From NCBI GenBank assembly GCA_964576085.1, contig CAZNTY010000390.1, forward strand, positions 1 to 50,447: DNA of 50,447 nucleotides, in the 5' to 3' direction. Source of the stretch: an uncultured Undibacter sp. (GTDB lineage Bacteria > Pseudomonadota > Alphaproteobacteria > Rhizobiales > Xanthobacteraceae). Under the pieces are notes generated by a model, which saw only the letters and a list, made by a program, of their open reading frames with translations, made no database searches and was not told the origin of the DNA. This document shows, piece by piece, positions 1-9,284 of the stretch (position 1 is its first letter; each line of letters opens with the position of its first letter). The position numbers were made by a program, and so were the translations under genes.

Positions 1-584
1 TGGCGTCGGGCGCAAAAGATCCGGCACCGAAACCCGGGACAGGGACGAAAGTCATCAGCGCCCAATAGCCGAAGAGCAACGTCACGCAGACGGTGACGAG
101 GCCCCGAACCTTCAAATGAAGCAGCAGCAGGGACGTCACACCGTAGCAAAGTGCGAGGCGCTGCAGGACGCCGAGAAAACGAATATCAGTCCACGACTGG
201 CTTACGCCGCCGTAGTAGACGATGCCAAGAGCATAGAGCAGCAACGTTCGACGTAGTACGCGAACATGCGCAGCATGCCTTCCTTCGCGCTCGGCCAGCC
301 GGGGCGGCGACAGAACGATCGACACGCCAGTAACAAAAATGAAGAGTGGAAAAATAAGATCGTAAAATTGGAGTCCCTCCCACGTACATGGGTCATTTGT
401 GTATTGAGAAACGCACCGATTCTGTCGAGAGTGGAACTTTTGCCGCGGAGCATCTCAGCTAGCGCCCAGATCGCGCCGTCGCCGCCGATGATCCAGAACA
501 TGCTGAATCCTGCAGGGCATCCACAGATACGATACGGCTTGTTTGCGTCGTGATCGATGTTGCTGGCAATTCCAGATGGCGCAT
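1..584 (-). pseudogene. Frameshifted DUF5009 / heparan-alpha-glucosaminide N-acetyltransferase (HGSNAT)-like membrane acyltransferase, 5' part; runs off the window edge
   Basis: Manual translation stitches three frames. ATG at 584 gives MRHLELPATSITTQTSRIVSVDAL; a shift at ~512 gives GFSMFWIIGGD...QMTHV; a shift at ~384 gives WEGLQFYDLIFPLFIFVTGVSI...IRFLGVLQRLALCYG...GYWALMTFVPVPGFGAG. These match the family motifs SxDxLRG, DLIFPxFxF and GVLQRIA. Confidence 0.85.
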
Positions 585-631
585 GGAAAGAACTCTACCG
601 CGCATCCGATATCGAGTTGCAACTTTCCACG

Positions 632-645
632 TTGACGTGAGTCAA
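632..645. promoter_or_regulatory. FNR/FixK-type box TTGAC-N4-GTCAA
   Basis: TTGACGTGAGTCAA has perfect 5-bp arms and is centred ~54 bp upstream of the pseudogene ATG, which fits class II (-41.5) activation. Confidence 0.55.
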
Positions 646-690
646 ATCACGGGCCTATTCAGTGTCGCACGCTACTGTTGTCGAGCAGAT

Positions 691-704
691 TTGATTCAGG
701 TCAA
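691..704. promoter_or_regulatory. Second FNR/FixK-type box TTGAT-N4-GTCAA
   Basis: TTGATTCAGGTCAA, 59 bp from the first box. Confidence 0.5.
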
Positions 705-802
705 AGATGGTGCTTGGAAAGAGGTGCCAGCTTTATTTTGAGTGTCTGTCCTCAAGCAACAGGCGCAGGCGCCTAATGCGGCGGGTGCATCCACCACCAC
801 TA

Positions 803-3112
803 TTAAGTGCGACTAGACTTTCGTCTCGATTCGGCGTCGACAATTGACTGCCAGACGCGCGGCGGCGAAAGCGGCAGCGACGTGATGCTCACGTCGAGTG
901 GGCGAAGTGCCGCAGCCACGGCGTTCGCAACCGCGCCTGCGACGCCAACAATTCCACCTTCGCCCGCGCCCTTGACGCCAAGCGGATTGGTAGCCGACTT
1001 CTTTTCGCCATAGGTTTCGCCGCGGACGTGTGGGAAATCGGTCGAGGTTGGCACTAGATAGTCAGCCAAGGTGCCGGTGAGGAACTGCCCATCCTCGTCG
1101 TACATGAGATGATCGAGAAATACGCCGCCGAGGCCCTGAACAATCGATCCGATCAGTTGTCCATGGACGATCGACGGATTGACAGCGGCGCCGATGTCCT
1201 CGTTGGCGAAATAATCGAGGACCTCGATCGCGCCGGTCCGGGGATCGACGGCGACATGGGCAGCGTGGGTGCCATAACTGAATGTCAGATCGGTGCTGTA
1301 GTAAGTGCCGGTGGCCTCGATGGCGCGCTGCCGTTCCGACGCATGAGCCGCGAGGGCGGGCAGGTCGAACAGTACCGAACCGTCATGAGTGATGATTGAG
1401 CCATTCTTCCACACGACATCATTTGCCGCCCGCCCCAGGATCTCGCCGGCAAAGCGGGCGCATTCTTCTGCGAAGTTTTTAGCTCCATCGACGACGGCAT
1501 TTCCGCCTTTGACGGCGCCCCGGCTGGCAAAGGTGCCGAACCCCTCGTCGAGATTGTCGGTAGAGGCGTTATGCACTCGGATGCAATGCACCGGAACGCC
1601 GAGGGTATCGGCTGCGATTTGTGTCAGTGCGGTCTGCAAGCCCTGGCCGACCACCGAGCACCCGGTATGAACGGAAATCATCCCGTCGCTTTCGAGCACC
1701 ACGCGAGAATTTTCCCGCGGGCCGCCCCCTGAGCACTCAACAAAGCAGGTCAAGCCGACGCCGTGCCGTCTCCCGTTGATTTCCTTGCCGTTGAGCTCGC
1801 GCAGCCGTTCGTATCCGATCGCGTTGAGAGCGCGTTCAAGTCCGTCGTGATAATTGCCGGTATCGTAGATGAATGGCTTCTCGTAAGGCACCAATTTTGG
1901 CGTTGCGTAAGGCAGTTCGTCTTCGCGGATCAGGTTGATGCGCCGGAACTCGGCTGCATCAATACCCAGGTCGTTCGCCGCCATATCCATGAGCCGTTCG
2001 CGGAAGAAGTTCGCCTCGAAACGGCCCGGTCCTCGATAGGTGCCCACCGGTGTTTTGTTCGAGACGAAGATTGCCACCTCAAACTCGACTGTCGGAATTC
2101 GATATGGTCCGAGCAAAAATTGCGCAGCACGAACCGGAACGATGCCGCCATTGGTGCGCGTGTAAGCGCCCATGTCCCCGTAAACGGCCGCACGCAGGCC
2201 GAGGATTTTGCCGTCGCGGGAACAGGCAATCTCAAGATCGCAGGTAATCTCGCGCGAGTGGTTGGTTGCCATCAGATGCTCGCGGCGATCTTCGATCCAC
2301 TTGACGGGACGCCCGATTGTCTTGGCGACGAATGGCACGAAGAAATCTTCGGGGTAAAGTTCGCCGCGGACGCCAAAACCGCCACCGACGTCAGTCGCGT
2401 ACAATTCGACCTGATCCGGCTCGAGCCCGAGAGCCGCCGCCGTTGATTTGCGGTTGAACCAGAGGACCTTGGTCGAGCCCCAAACCTCCATCCGCGCTTC
2501 AGTTTCATTCCAGCGTGCAACGAGACCGCGCGTTTCCATCGGAAGAGCGGTCTGACGATGACAGTAAAATGTTTCGCGCCGCGTGTACGGCGCATCGGCA
2601 ATAGCTTTCTTGATGTCGCCGTGGCCGATTGTGTAGCGCGTCGTGACGTTGGTGCCAGTCTCCTCGAACAACAGCGCGCTTGGCGCTGCTGCGGTGTCCC
2701 AGCCGGTGACCGCAGGCAGCGGATCGATATCGACGTCGATCAATTCAAGTGCGTCTTCCGCTAGTTCCGGTGTGACGGCGGCAACCACGGCGATCGGTTC
2801 GCCAACGTAGCGGACCTTGTTCTGCGCGATCGGCCACTGCAGATAGCGGTCGACACCTTCAAGCGGAGCAAGGCGTAGCGGGATTTTTGGCAGGGCTGCA
2901 AAATCGGAACCAGCGAATGCCGCGATAACACCCTTGGCCTGTTTTGCCTTTGTTAGATCGATACTGCGGATGTGCCCGTGCGCGACCGAACTGCGCAGCA
3001 CGGAGAGGTACACCATGCCGTCGAGCGAGATGTCGTCGACAAAGGCCGCTTTGCCCTTGAGCAGACGCTCATCCTCCAGTCGCGGAAGCGGTTGTCCAAC
3101 GAGTGCGTTCAC
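803..3112 (-). CDS. Xanthine dehydrogenase-family molybdopterin-binding large subunit (CoxL/CutL-like Mo-hydroxylase)
   Basis: Motifs PRLEDERLLKG, DVGGGFG, active-site loop TYRGPGR, GQGLQT, GTFASRG and KGAGEGG (catalytic Glu). True start is probably GTG at 3112, a GTGA overlap with the small-subunit stop; the ORF-track extension to 3295 overlaps the upstream gene. Confidence 0.93.
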   Translation of the reverse strand: MNALVGQPLPRLEDERLLKGKAAFVDDISLDGMVYLSVLRSSVAHGHIRSIDLTKAKQAKGVIAAFAGSDFAALPKIPLRLAPLEGVDRYLQWPIAQNKVRYVGEPIAVVAAVTPELAEDALELIDVDIDPLPAVTGWDTAAAPSALLFEETGTNVTTRYTIGHGDIKKAIADAPYTRRETFYCHRQTALPMETRGLVARWNETEARMEVWGSTKVLWFNRKSTAAALGLEPDQVELYATDVGGGFGVRGELYPEDFFVPFVAKTIGRPVKWIEDRREHLMATNHSREITCDLEIACSRDGKILGLRAAVYGDMGAYTRTNGGIVPVRAAQFLLGPYRIPTVEFEVAIFVSNKTPVGTYRGPGRFEANFFRERLMDMAANDLGIDAAEFRRINLIREDELPYATPKLVPYEKPFIYDTGNYHDGLERALNAIGYERLRELNGKEINGRRHGVGLTCFVECSGGGPRENSRVVLESDGMISVHTGCSVVGQGLQTALTQIAADTLGVPVHCIRVHNASTDNLDEGFGTFASRGAVKGGNAVVDGAKNFAEECARFAGEILGRAANDVVWKNGSIITHDGSVLFDLPALAAHASERQRAIEATGTYYSTDLTFSYGTHAAHVAVDPRTGAIEVLDYFANEDIGAAVNPSIVHGQLIGSIVQGLGGVFLDHLMYDEDGQFLTGTLADYLVPTSTDFPHVRGETYGEKKSATNPLGVKGAGEGGIVGVAGAVANAVAAALRPLDVSITSLPLSPPRVWQSIVDAESRRKSSRT

Positions 3113-3594
3113 GTCGCGCTGTCCTTGCGATAGGCTGCCGCAGCCTCCGCAACCGCCTCTATAATTGGAAGATAGCCGGTGCAACGGCAGATATTTCCGG
3201 ACAGGACCTCTCTGATCCGTTCTTTTGATGCATCGGGCTCTTCGCTCAGCAGGGCATGCATCGTCGTCAGGATGCCGGGCGTGCAGAAGCCGCATTGCAG
3301 CGCGTGATGTTTGTGAAAGGCTTCCTGGAGAGGCGAGAGACCATCACCCGGTGCAAGGCCTTCAACGGTCGTAATTTTTGTGCCATCGGCCTGCGCCGCC
3401 AGCATCAAACAGGAGCGAACCGCCGACCCGTCCATGATAACGGTGCACGCACCGCAAACACCGTGTTCGCAGCCGAGATGCGTCCCGGTCAGGCGCAGAT
3501 GACGGCGCAGGAATCCCCCCAAGGTCAGACGGGGTTCAACGCTCGCGGAGACGTGGTGCCCATTGACGGTCAAATCAATCAAAACGTCTGTCAT
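3109..3594 (-). CDS. (2Fe-2S)-binding small subunit (CoxS/CutS-like)
   Basis: Two 2Fe-2S motifs, GCEHGVCGAC...C and QCGFC...CRC. ATGA overlap with the FAD subunit. Confidence 0.95.
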   Translation of the reverse strand: MTDVLIDLTVNGHHVSASVEPRLTLGGFLRRHLRLTGTHLGCEHGVCGACTVIMDGSAVRSCLMLAAQADGTKITTVEGLAPGDGLSPLQEAFHKHHALQCGFCTPGILTTMHALLSEEPDASKERIREVLSGNICRCTGYLPIIEAVAEAAAAYRKDSAT

Positions 3595-4460
3595 GCAGCG
3601 GCCTTTTCCCGAGGCGACGAGGCAGACTGCAGCGCGCGCTCAAGGAGAACCGCGAGTAGGGCGCTTCGATAGACACCGGACGCATGGATATCGTCTTGCG
3701 GCATCACCGATGTCTGCAGAGCCGCGGTCGCCTCGGCGATAACCCTTGGTGAAATTGTATGACTATTGAGGGCGGCCGCTACATCCGGCAGCCGGAGCGG
3801 CGTTTCGCCAACCCCGAACGCGCCGACATGTGTATTGCTGCAATAGCCATCCACGTCATCCCAGAACACCATGCATCCCGCGACGGCAAAGTCGCCGGTC
3901 CGTCGCGCGAATTCCTGGAAGCCAAAGCGCCGTCCTGCTGGCCATGACGGCAAACGGACTGCGACGAGAAGCTCTTCGGGTTCTAGGCTGGTCGTCAGTA
4001 CGCCCGCGAAAAACTCAGAAGCTGGAATCGTGCGCTGTCCATGGACGCTGACGACTTCAAACTCGGCGTCGCAGGTCATGGCGACTGCGGGCATTTCTGC
4101 CGCTGGATCCGCATGCGCGCAGCTTCCGCCGACCGTGCCGCGATTGCGGATTTGGTAGTGTGCAGTGTGGCGAATTGCCTCAACCAGCAGCGGGTGGCGC
4201 GCGCGGAGTTCGGGGTGATTGAGAACGTCGCACCAGCGTGTGAGAGCGCCAATTCTAATGTGATCGTCCTGGAAGGTGATGCCCTTCAACTCAGGTAGTT
4301 TGGCTATATCAACCAGCAGCGTTGGCGCGGCCATTCGCAGCGCCAGAAGGGGGATAAGGCTTTGGCCGCCGGCAATCGGCTTGGCATCAGGTGTGGCCAG
4401 CAACGCCAGGGCCTCGGTCAGATTGCTCGGCCGTGCATAGTCGAAAGGGGCTGGCTTCAT
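3591..4460 (-). CDS. FAD-binding medium subunit (CoxM/CutM-like)
   Basis: Motifs MKPAPFDY, IAGGQSL, QIRNRGTVGGS, ADPAAE and RRTGDFA. Confidence 0.95.
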   Translation of the reverse strand: MKPAPFDYARPSNLTEALALLATPDAKPIAGGQSLIPLLALRMAAPTLLVDIAKLPELKGITFQDDHIRIGALTRWCDVLNHPELRARHPLLVEAIRHTAHYQIRNRGTVGGSCAHADPAAEMPAVAMTCDAEFEVVSVHGQRTIPASEFFAGVLTTSLEPEELLVAVRLPSWPAGRRFGFQEFARRTGDFAVAGCMVFWDDVDGYCSNTHVGAFGVGETPLRLPDVAAALNSHTISPRVIAEATAALQTSVMPQDDIHASGVYRSALLAVLLERALQSASSPREKAAA

Positions 4461-4512
4461 GCTACTCTGATGACCTTTTCACTTTGGTCGGCCTTGCCCA
4501 CAGCCAGCCATT

Positions 4513-4579
4513 GCTCGCTCCCGTATTTCATATAAATTAAAAGGCATTAATGCAATTAAAAAGGATTGCGGGAGTGAAG
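4513..4579. promoter_or_regulatory. AT-rich divergent control region between the Mo-hydroxylase and Liv-type operons
   Basis: Direct repeats AATTAAAAGG (4535-4544) and AATTAAAAAGG (4554-4564) flank the palindrome GCATTAATGC (4544-4553). An imperfect inverted repeat CTCGCTCCCGTA / TGCGGGAGTGAA encloses them. Confidence 0.45.
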
Positions 4580-4707
4580 CCTAGAGTGCGGCGAGCAGTT
4601 GGTGCGATCAACTCCTCTACTGGGCGGTTTGATTTTCTGATCGCGGCTGGCAGCGTCAAGCGACAGGCCATTTCGCTGGGCCGCAACAGCGAACCGTGCG
4701 TCCGGTG

Positions 4708-5586
4708 ATGTCAGGCCAGCTCGATCTCCTGATTGGCGCACTCGCGATCGGTGGAGTGTACAGCCTCGTCGCCTTGGGATTTTCCATGATTATTCGCGCC
4801 ACCGGCATCCTGCACTTCGCGCAGGGCGACGTGATGATGATCGGTGCAATGGTCGGCTTGAGCACCGTTCTTTTTTTGCCGTTGCCGCTTCCGGTGCTGC
4901 TGGTGTTCGGAATGTTCGCCTCTGGCGTCCTCGGCATTATTCTCGAATTGCTGATCTATCGCCCTTTGCGCAATTACGGCGTGCAGCTGATGAACATCAT
5001 CACTGCGACGCTTGGCGTTTCGATTCTTTTGACCAATGGGGCGCGCTTGGGCTGGGGTTCGGAGCCGATGCGGTACCCGCCGCTTTTCTCCAGCGCGGCC
5101 TATCAATTCGGATCATTGCGAATCCCGCCGCAACTGTTTTGGATCATGGTGCTGAGCGTAACGCTCATGGTCCTGTTGCAGCTTTTTCTGCGCCATACTC
5201 GCACAGGCATCGCACTGCAGGCGACAGCACAAGACCCCGAAACTGCGGAAATCATGGGCGTCAATGTCACGCGGATGCGCGCCTATACATTTGGCATTGG
5301 AGGTGCGCTGGCGGGTGCGGCCGGCGTGATGCTTGGCTCGATGTTCTTCGCTTATTTCGAAATGGGCTTTGTCACCGGCATTAAAGGCTTTGTCGCCGCT
5401 ACCCTGGGCGGGCTCGGCAGTATTGGCGGCGCCATGGTCGGCGGCATTCTGTTCGGCGTACTGGAGACCTACGGCGCCGTCTTCATATCGTCCGCCTATA
5501 AGGACGCGATCGGCATGGTTCTGCTGATCCTCCTGCTTCTTGTTTTTCCATCGGGCTTGGCCGGCATTTGGAAGGCGCGCCGATGA
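4708..5586 (+). CDS. Branched-chain amino acid-type ABC transporter permease (LivH-like)
   Basis: Motifs YSLVALGFSMI..ATGILHFAQG, GIALQATAQD and GFVAATLGGLGS; hydrophobic. Start at ATG 4708 (or GTG 4696). Confidence 0.92.
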   Translation: MSGQLDLLIGALAIGGVYSLVALGFSMIIRATGILHFAQGDVMMIGAMVGLSTVLFLPLPLPVLLVFGMFASGVLGIILELLIYRPLRNYGVQLMNIITATLGVSILLTNGARLGWGSEPMRYPPLFSSAAYQFGSLRIPPQLFWIMVLSVTLMVLLQLFLRHTRTGIALQATAQDPETAEIMGVNVTRMRAYTFGIGGALAGAAGVMLGSMFFAYFEMGFVTGIKGFVAATLGGLGSIGGAMVGGILFGVLETYGAVFISSAYKDAIGMVLLILLLLVFPSGLAGIWKARR

Positions 5587-6548
5587 ATTACCTGCGCGCA
5601 CAGCTGTCGATCGGGCGGCGCGAGTTGCCAACGCTTGGCCTATTGATTGCCGGTGCTGTACTGCCGCTCGCGAATTTCGACGCTTACACGCTGCATCTTC
5701 TAAGCATGATTGCCATCGGCGGAATTCTCGCCCTCGGATTACAGCTGCTGGTAGGCGGCGCGGGTCTTCTTTCCATCGGTCAGGCGGCTTTTTACGGGGT
5801 GGGCGCTTACACCTCAGGCCTTCTCACAACGAAGCTCGGCCATCCATTTGTGGTCGGATTCCTTTGCGCCGGTGTACTGGCGGCGATCACCAGCCTGTTG
5901 ATGGTCCCGATCACGCGCTTGCGCGGAGCCTATCTGGCAGTTGCGACGCTCGGCTTTACGTTGATTGTGCACCTCGTGCTCAAGAACGAAGATTGGCTAA
6001 CCGGTGGTGCATTCGGCTTGATGAATATTCCAAGGCCTTCGCTTGCTGGAATTGAAATCGTAAGCCCCGTTGCGACCTACTATTTGTGCCTTGTCATTCT
6101 TGCACTGGTTGCGATCGCGATGTTACGGCTTCACGACTCGCGTTTTGGCCGCGCGATCGGCGCGATCCGTCAGGACGAAATCGCGGCTCAAGCATGCGGA
6201 GTGTCGCTCGTTTATTACAAGAGCGTCTGCTTCGTAATCGCAGCGCTGGTGTCTGGATTTGCCGGCGCGCTTTACGCACACGAGGCGCGTTATCTCAGTC
6301 CAAACGATTTCAATTTTCTGAAATCGATGGACATTCTCATCATGATCGTGATCGGCGGCATCGGCAGCGTCGAAGGGGCCATTCTTGGGGCCGCTGTCGT
6401 CGTGTTGCTGCCGGAATATCTTCACGTCGTCGACAACTATCGAATGGTGATCTACGGCGCGATTCTGGTCGGGGCGATGTTTGTCGGCACGGGCGGGCTG
6501 GCGAGCCCGCTCCAACGGCTGGTCGCAAGAGTAAGCCATGGTCATTGA
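5583..6548 (+). CDS. Branched-chain amino acid-type ABC transporter permease (LivM-like)
   Basis: Motifs GLLSIGQAAFYGVGAY, RLRGAYLAVATLGF and GRAIGAIRQDE. ATGA overlap with the upstream permease. Confidence 0.92.
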   Translation: MNYLRAQLSIGRRELPTLGLLIAGAVLPLANFDAYTLHLLSMIAIGGILALGLQLLVGGAGLLSIGQAAFYGVGAYTSGLLTTKLGHPFVVGFLCAGVLAAITSLLMVPITRLRGAYLAVATLGFTLIVHLVLKNEDWLTGGAFGLMNIPRPSLAGIEIVSPVATYYLCLVILALVAIAMLRLHDSRFGRAIGAIRQDEIAAQACGVSLVYYKSVCFVIAALVSGFAGALYAHEARYLSPNDFNFLKSMDILIMIVIGGIGSVEGAILGAAVVVLLPEYLHVVDNYRMVIYGAILVGAMFVGTGGLASPLQRLVARVSHGH

Positions 6549-7329
6549 CGCAATCCGTCTTACGGCACGGGGCGTCGGCCGTCGGTTCGGCGGCCTGGTG
6601 GCCGTTGACGACGTCAATCTCGATGTCCAGAGCGGCGTGGTGCATGGGCTGATCGGCCCGAATGGTGCTGGTAAGACGACGATGCTCAACCTGATCGCCG
6701 GTGCGCTTCGCCCGTCGAGCGGCACAATCCTGTTCGAGGGCGACGACATCACGGCCTGGTCAAGCGCCAAGCGAGGCGTGGCAGGTATCGCGCGCACGTT
6801 CCAGAATCTGCGGCTTTTCACCGAGATGACGGTGCTGGAGAACGTGATGCTTGGACTGCACGGGCGTAGTCGCGCCGGCGTGTTTGCTGCGCTGCTGCGG
6901 ACTCCTGGTCAAATTGCGGAAGAACGCCAAATCCGCGAAACCGCGCTTGAGACGCTCGACTTTGTCGGCATTGCCCATCTCGCTGATACTCCTGCATCCA
7001 GCCTTGCTTACGGCCATCGGCGGCTGGTGGAGATTGCCCGCGCGATGGCGGGTTCGCCGTCTTTGTTACTGCTGGACGAGCCGGCCGCGGGTCTGACGCG
7101 CGGCGAGGCGCGCGAACTTGTCAGGCTGATTGCCCGCATTCGTGACCGTGGGCTCACCGTGATCTTGGTCGAGCATCACATGGACGTGGTGCTCAATAGT
7201 TGCCAACGGATCACCGTTTTGCATCACGGTCGCAAGCTTGCCGAAGGCTCATCGGCCGAGATCCAGCGGCACCCGGAAGTGATCGAAGCCTATTTTGGCG
7301 GCGCATTGCCGGCGGTGGCTCATGGCTGA
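6538..7329 (+). CDS. ABC ATP-binding protein (LivG-like)
   Basis: Walker A GPNGAGKTT, ARTFQN, LAYGHRRLVEIARA, LLLDEPAAG, VEHHMD. Confidence 0.95.
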   Translation: MVIDAIRLTARGVGRRFGGLVAVDDVNLDVQSGVVHGLIGPNGAGKTTMLNLIAGALRPSSGTILFEGDDITAWSSAKRGVAGIARTFQNLRLFTEMTVLENVMLGLHGRSRAGVFAALLRTPGQIAEERQIRETALETLDFVGIAHLADTPASSLAYGHRRLVEIARAMAGSPSLLLLDEPAAGLTRGEARELVRLIARIRDRGLTVILVEHHMDVVLNSCQRITVLHHGRKLAEGSSAEIQRHPEVIEAYFGGALPAVAHG

Positions 7330-8062
7330 CGCGCCGATGTTGGAGATCGACAATCTCGTCGTGGACCACGGTCAGGTGAAATGCCTGCGCGGCATTTCTC
7401 TATCGGTCGCGGTCGGCGAAATCGTCACGTTGATCGGCTCGAACGGTGCCGGCAAAACAACAACTCTGAAAACTATTTCCGGTCTCTACAGGCCGAGGAG
7501 CGGCGAGATCAGATTCAAGGGGGAGCCGATCCACACCCTCAAGCCGGATGCGATCGTCGCCCGAGGCGTTGTTCAGGTTCTCGAAGGCCGACGCATTTTT
7601 CCCGAATTGAGTGTTGAGGACAATCTCAGGGTTGCCGCGCATCTGATGCCGGATCGTTCACAGATGGCGGCAGAGATGGCCAAGGTATTCGAGCGCTTTC
7701 CACGGCTCAAGGAGCGCCGCCGCCAGGATGGTGGCACGCTGTCCGGCGGCGAGCAGCAAATGCTTGCGTTCGGCCGCGCGATGATGGCGCGTCCGCGTCT
7801 TTTACTGCTCGACGAGCCGACGCTCGGATTGGCTCCGATCGTCGTCGCCGAAATCATGCGCACGGTCGTCGATCTCAAGAATGCAGGCATCACGATTCTT
7901 TTGGTTGAGCAGAATGCGCGGTTTGCTCTGAGCATCGCGGACCGCGGCTATGTCATCGAAACAGGCGAAATTCTCGCGTCGGACACGAGTGTCAATCTCG
8001 TCAAAGACCCGCGGGTGATGAGCAGTTATTTGGGCCTCGAGATTGCAAGTACTTCCCACTGA
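7322..8062 (+). CDS. ABC ATP-binding protein (LivF-like)
   Basis: Motifs GSNGAGKTT, EGRRIF, LSGGEQQMLA, LLLDEPTLGLAP and VEQN. Confidence 0.95.
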   Translation: MADAPMLEIDNLVVDHGQVKCLRGISLSVAVGEIVTLIGSNGAGKTTTLKTISGLYRPRSGEIRFKGEPIHTLKPDAIVARGVVQVLEGRRIFPELSVEDNLRVAAHLMPDRSQMAAEMAKVFERFPRLKERRRQDGGTLSGGEQQMLAFGRAMMARPRLLLLDEPTLGLAPIVVAEIMRTVVDLKNAGITILLVEQNARFALSIADRGYVIETGEILASDTSVNLVKDPRVMSSYLGLEIASTSH

Positions 8063-8089
8063 ACCAGAAAAATGGAAAGGACCTGAGCT

Positions 8090-9226
8090 ATGCATCTAAG
8101 TCGTCGATTGCTTGCGCTTTGTCTCGGCTCCGCGATGTTGCTCGCGGCCGGAGGGGGCCTTCAGGCCGCCGATCCAATCAAGATCGGACTGTTCGTGCCG
8201 CTCACCGGCGGCGCGGCCCCGACCGGCAACGATATTCGTGAGGCGGTGACGATCGCCGTCAATGAAAAGAACGCCGCCGGCGGCGTCCTTGGCAGCAAGA
8301 TCGAGCTCATCGTTGCCGACGACGCGATGAAGCCTGACGAAGCGGTCAATATCGCCCGCCGGTTCGCGACCCGTGACAATGTTCTGGTCGCGATCGGCAG
8401 CGTGACCAGCCCGGTCAGCCTTGCGGCGGCGCAAGTCTTCCGCGAAGCTCACGTGCCGCACATTGTCGTGACCTCGACTGCCCAGGTCATCACGACACAA
8501 GGCAATGAATGGGTGTTTCGCTCGGCGGCGCCCGATACCAAGCTGATCAACGACGTCGTCGACTTCATCGCGAAAAAGATGCCGAACGTGAAGAAGTTCG
8601 CGTTGCTTTCGGTCAACGACGACTTCGGCAAGGGCGGCATCAACACCTTCAAGGCCGCCGCGCAGAAGGTCGGCCTGGAGATCGTCGGCGAAGAGCGCTT
8701 TGCCACCGGCGACCTCGACTTCACCGCCCAGCTCACGCATATCCGCGACATGAAGCCGGATGCGATCTTCGAATGGACGCGTTACACCGAGGGTTCGCTG
8801 GTTGCGCGCCAGATGCAGCGGATGGGAATGAACAACATTCCGCATTTTGGCTCGGATTCGTTTGCTGCGCCGAAGTACATCGAGCTATCCGGCGACGCAG
8901 CCAACGGCGTGATGTATCCGAGCCCCTACAGCCCTGCGATTAGCTCCGGAACGCCGCAGGCGCAGGCCCTGATTCAAAAGGTCAAGGCCGCCTATAACAA
9001 GACGCCGAACTACAACCACGTCCAGGCTTACGACGCAGCCCAGATCGCAATCAGCGCGATCGAACGCGCCGGCAAGGCCGACCGAACCGCCGTGCGCGAC
9101 GCGATCCGCAAGACGGATTTCCAGAGCCCGCGCGGGCACTTCACGTTCGACCAGAAGGGCGATCCGACGTTCGATACGACGATCGTCAAGGTGGTCGATC
9201 AGAAGGAAACGGACGCGCGCAAATAA
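8090..9226 (+). CDS. ABC substrate-binding protein, LivK/Peripla_BP_6 family
   Basis: Sec signal peptide; IKIGLFVPLTG, NAAGGVLG, AYDAA and GHFTFDQKGD; RBS GGAAAGGA upstream. Confidence 0.92.
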   Translation: MHLSRRLLALCLGSAMLLAAGGGLQAADPIKIGLFVPLTGGAAPTGNDIREAVTIAVNEKNAAGGVLGSKIELIVADDAMKPDEAVNIARRFATRDNVLVAIGSVTSPVSLAAAQVFREAHVPHIVVTSTAQVITTQGNEWVFRSAAPDTKLINDVVDFIAKKMPNVKKFALLSVNDDFGKGGINTFKAAAQKVGLEIVGEERFATGDLDFTAQLTHIRDMKPDAIFEWTRYTEGSLVARQMQRMGMNNIPHFGSDSFAAPKYIELSGDAANGVMYPSPYSPAISSGTPQAQALIQKVKAAYNKTPNYNHVQAYDAAQIAISAIERAGKADRTAVRDAIRKTDFQSPRGHFTFDQKGDPTFDTTIVKVVDQKETDARK

Positions 9227-9284
9227 GCGCGTCTTACAATTCAAGGCAGCATGTCATAACAGGACGACATCCCGGGGTACGCTG

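Noticed and set aside
3113-3295. N-terminal 61-aa extension of the 830-aa Mo-subunit ORF
   Set aside because: It overlaps the 2Fe-2S gene in another frame; the GTGA coupling at 3112 gives a normal family N-terminus.
803-4460. Aerobic carbon monoxide dehydrogenase call
   Set aside because: Lacks the AYRCSFR loop and the coxDEFG accessory genes.
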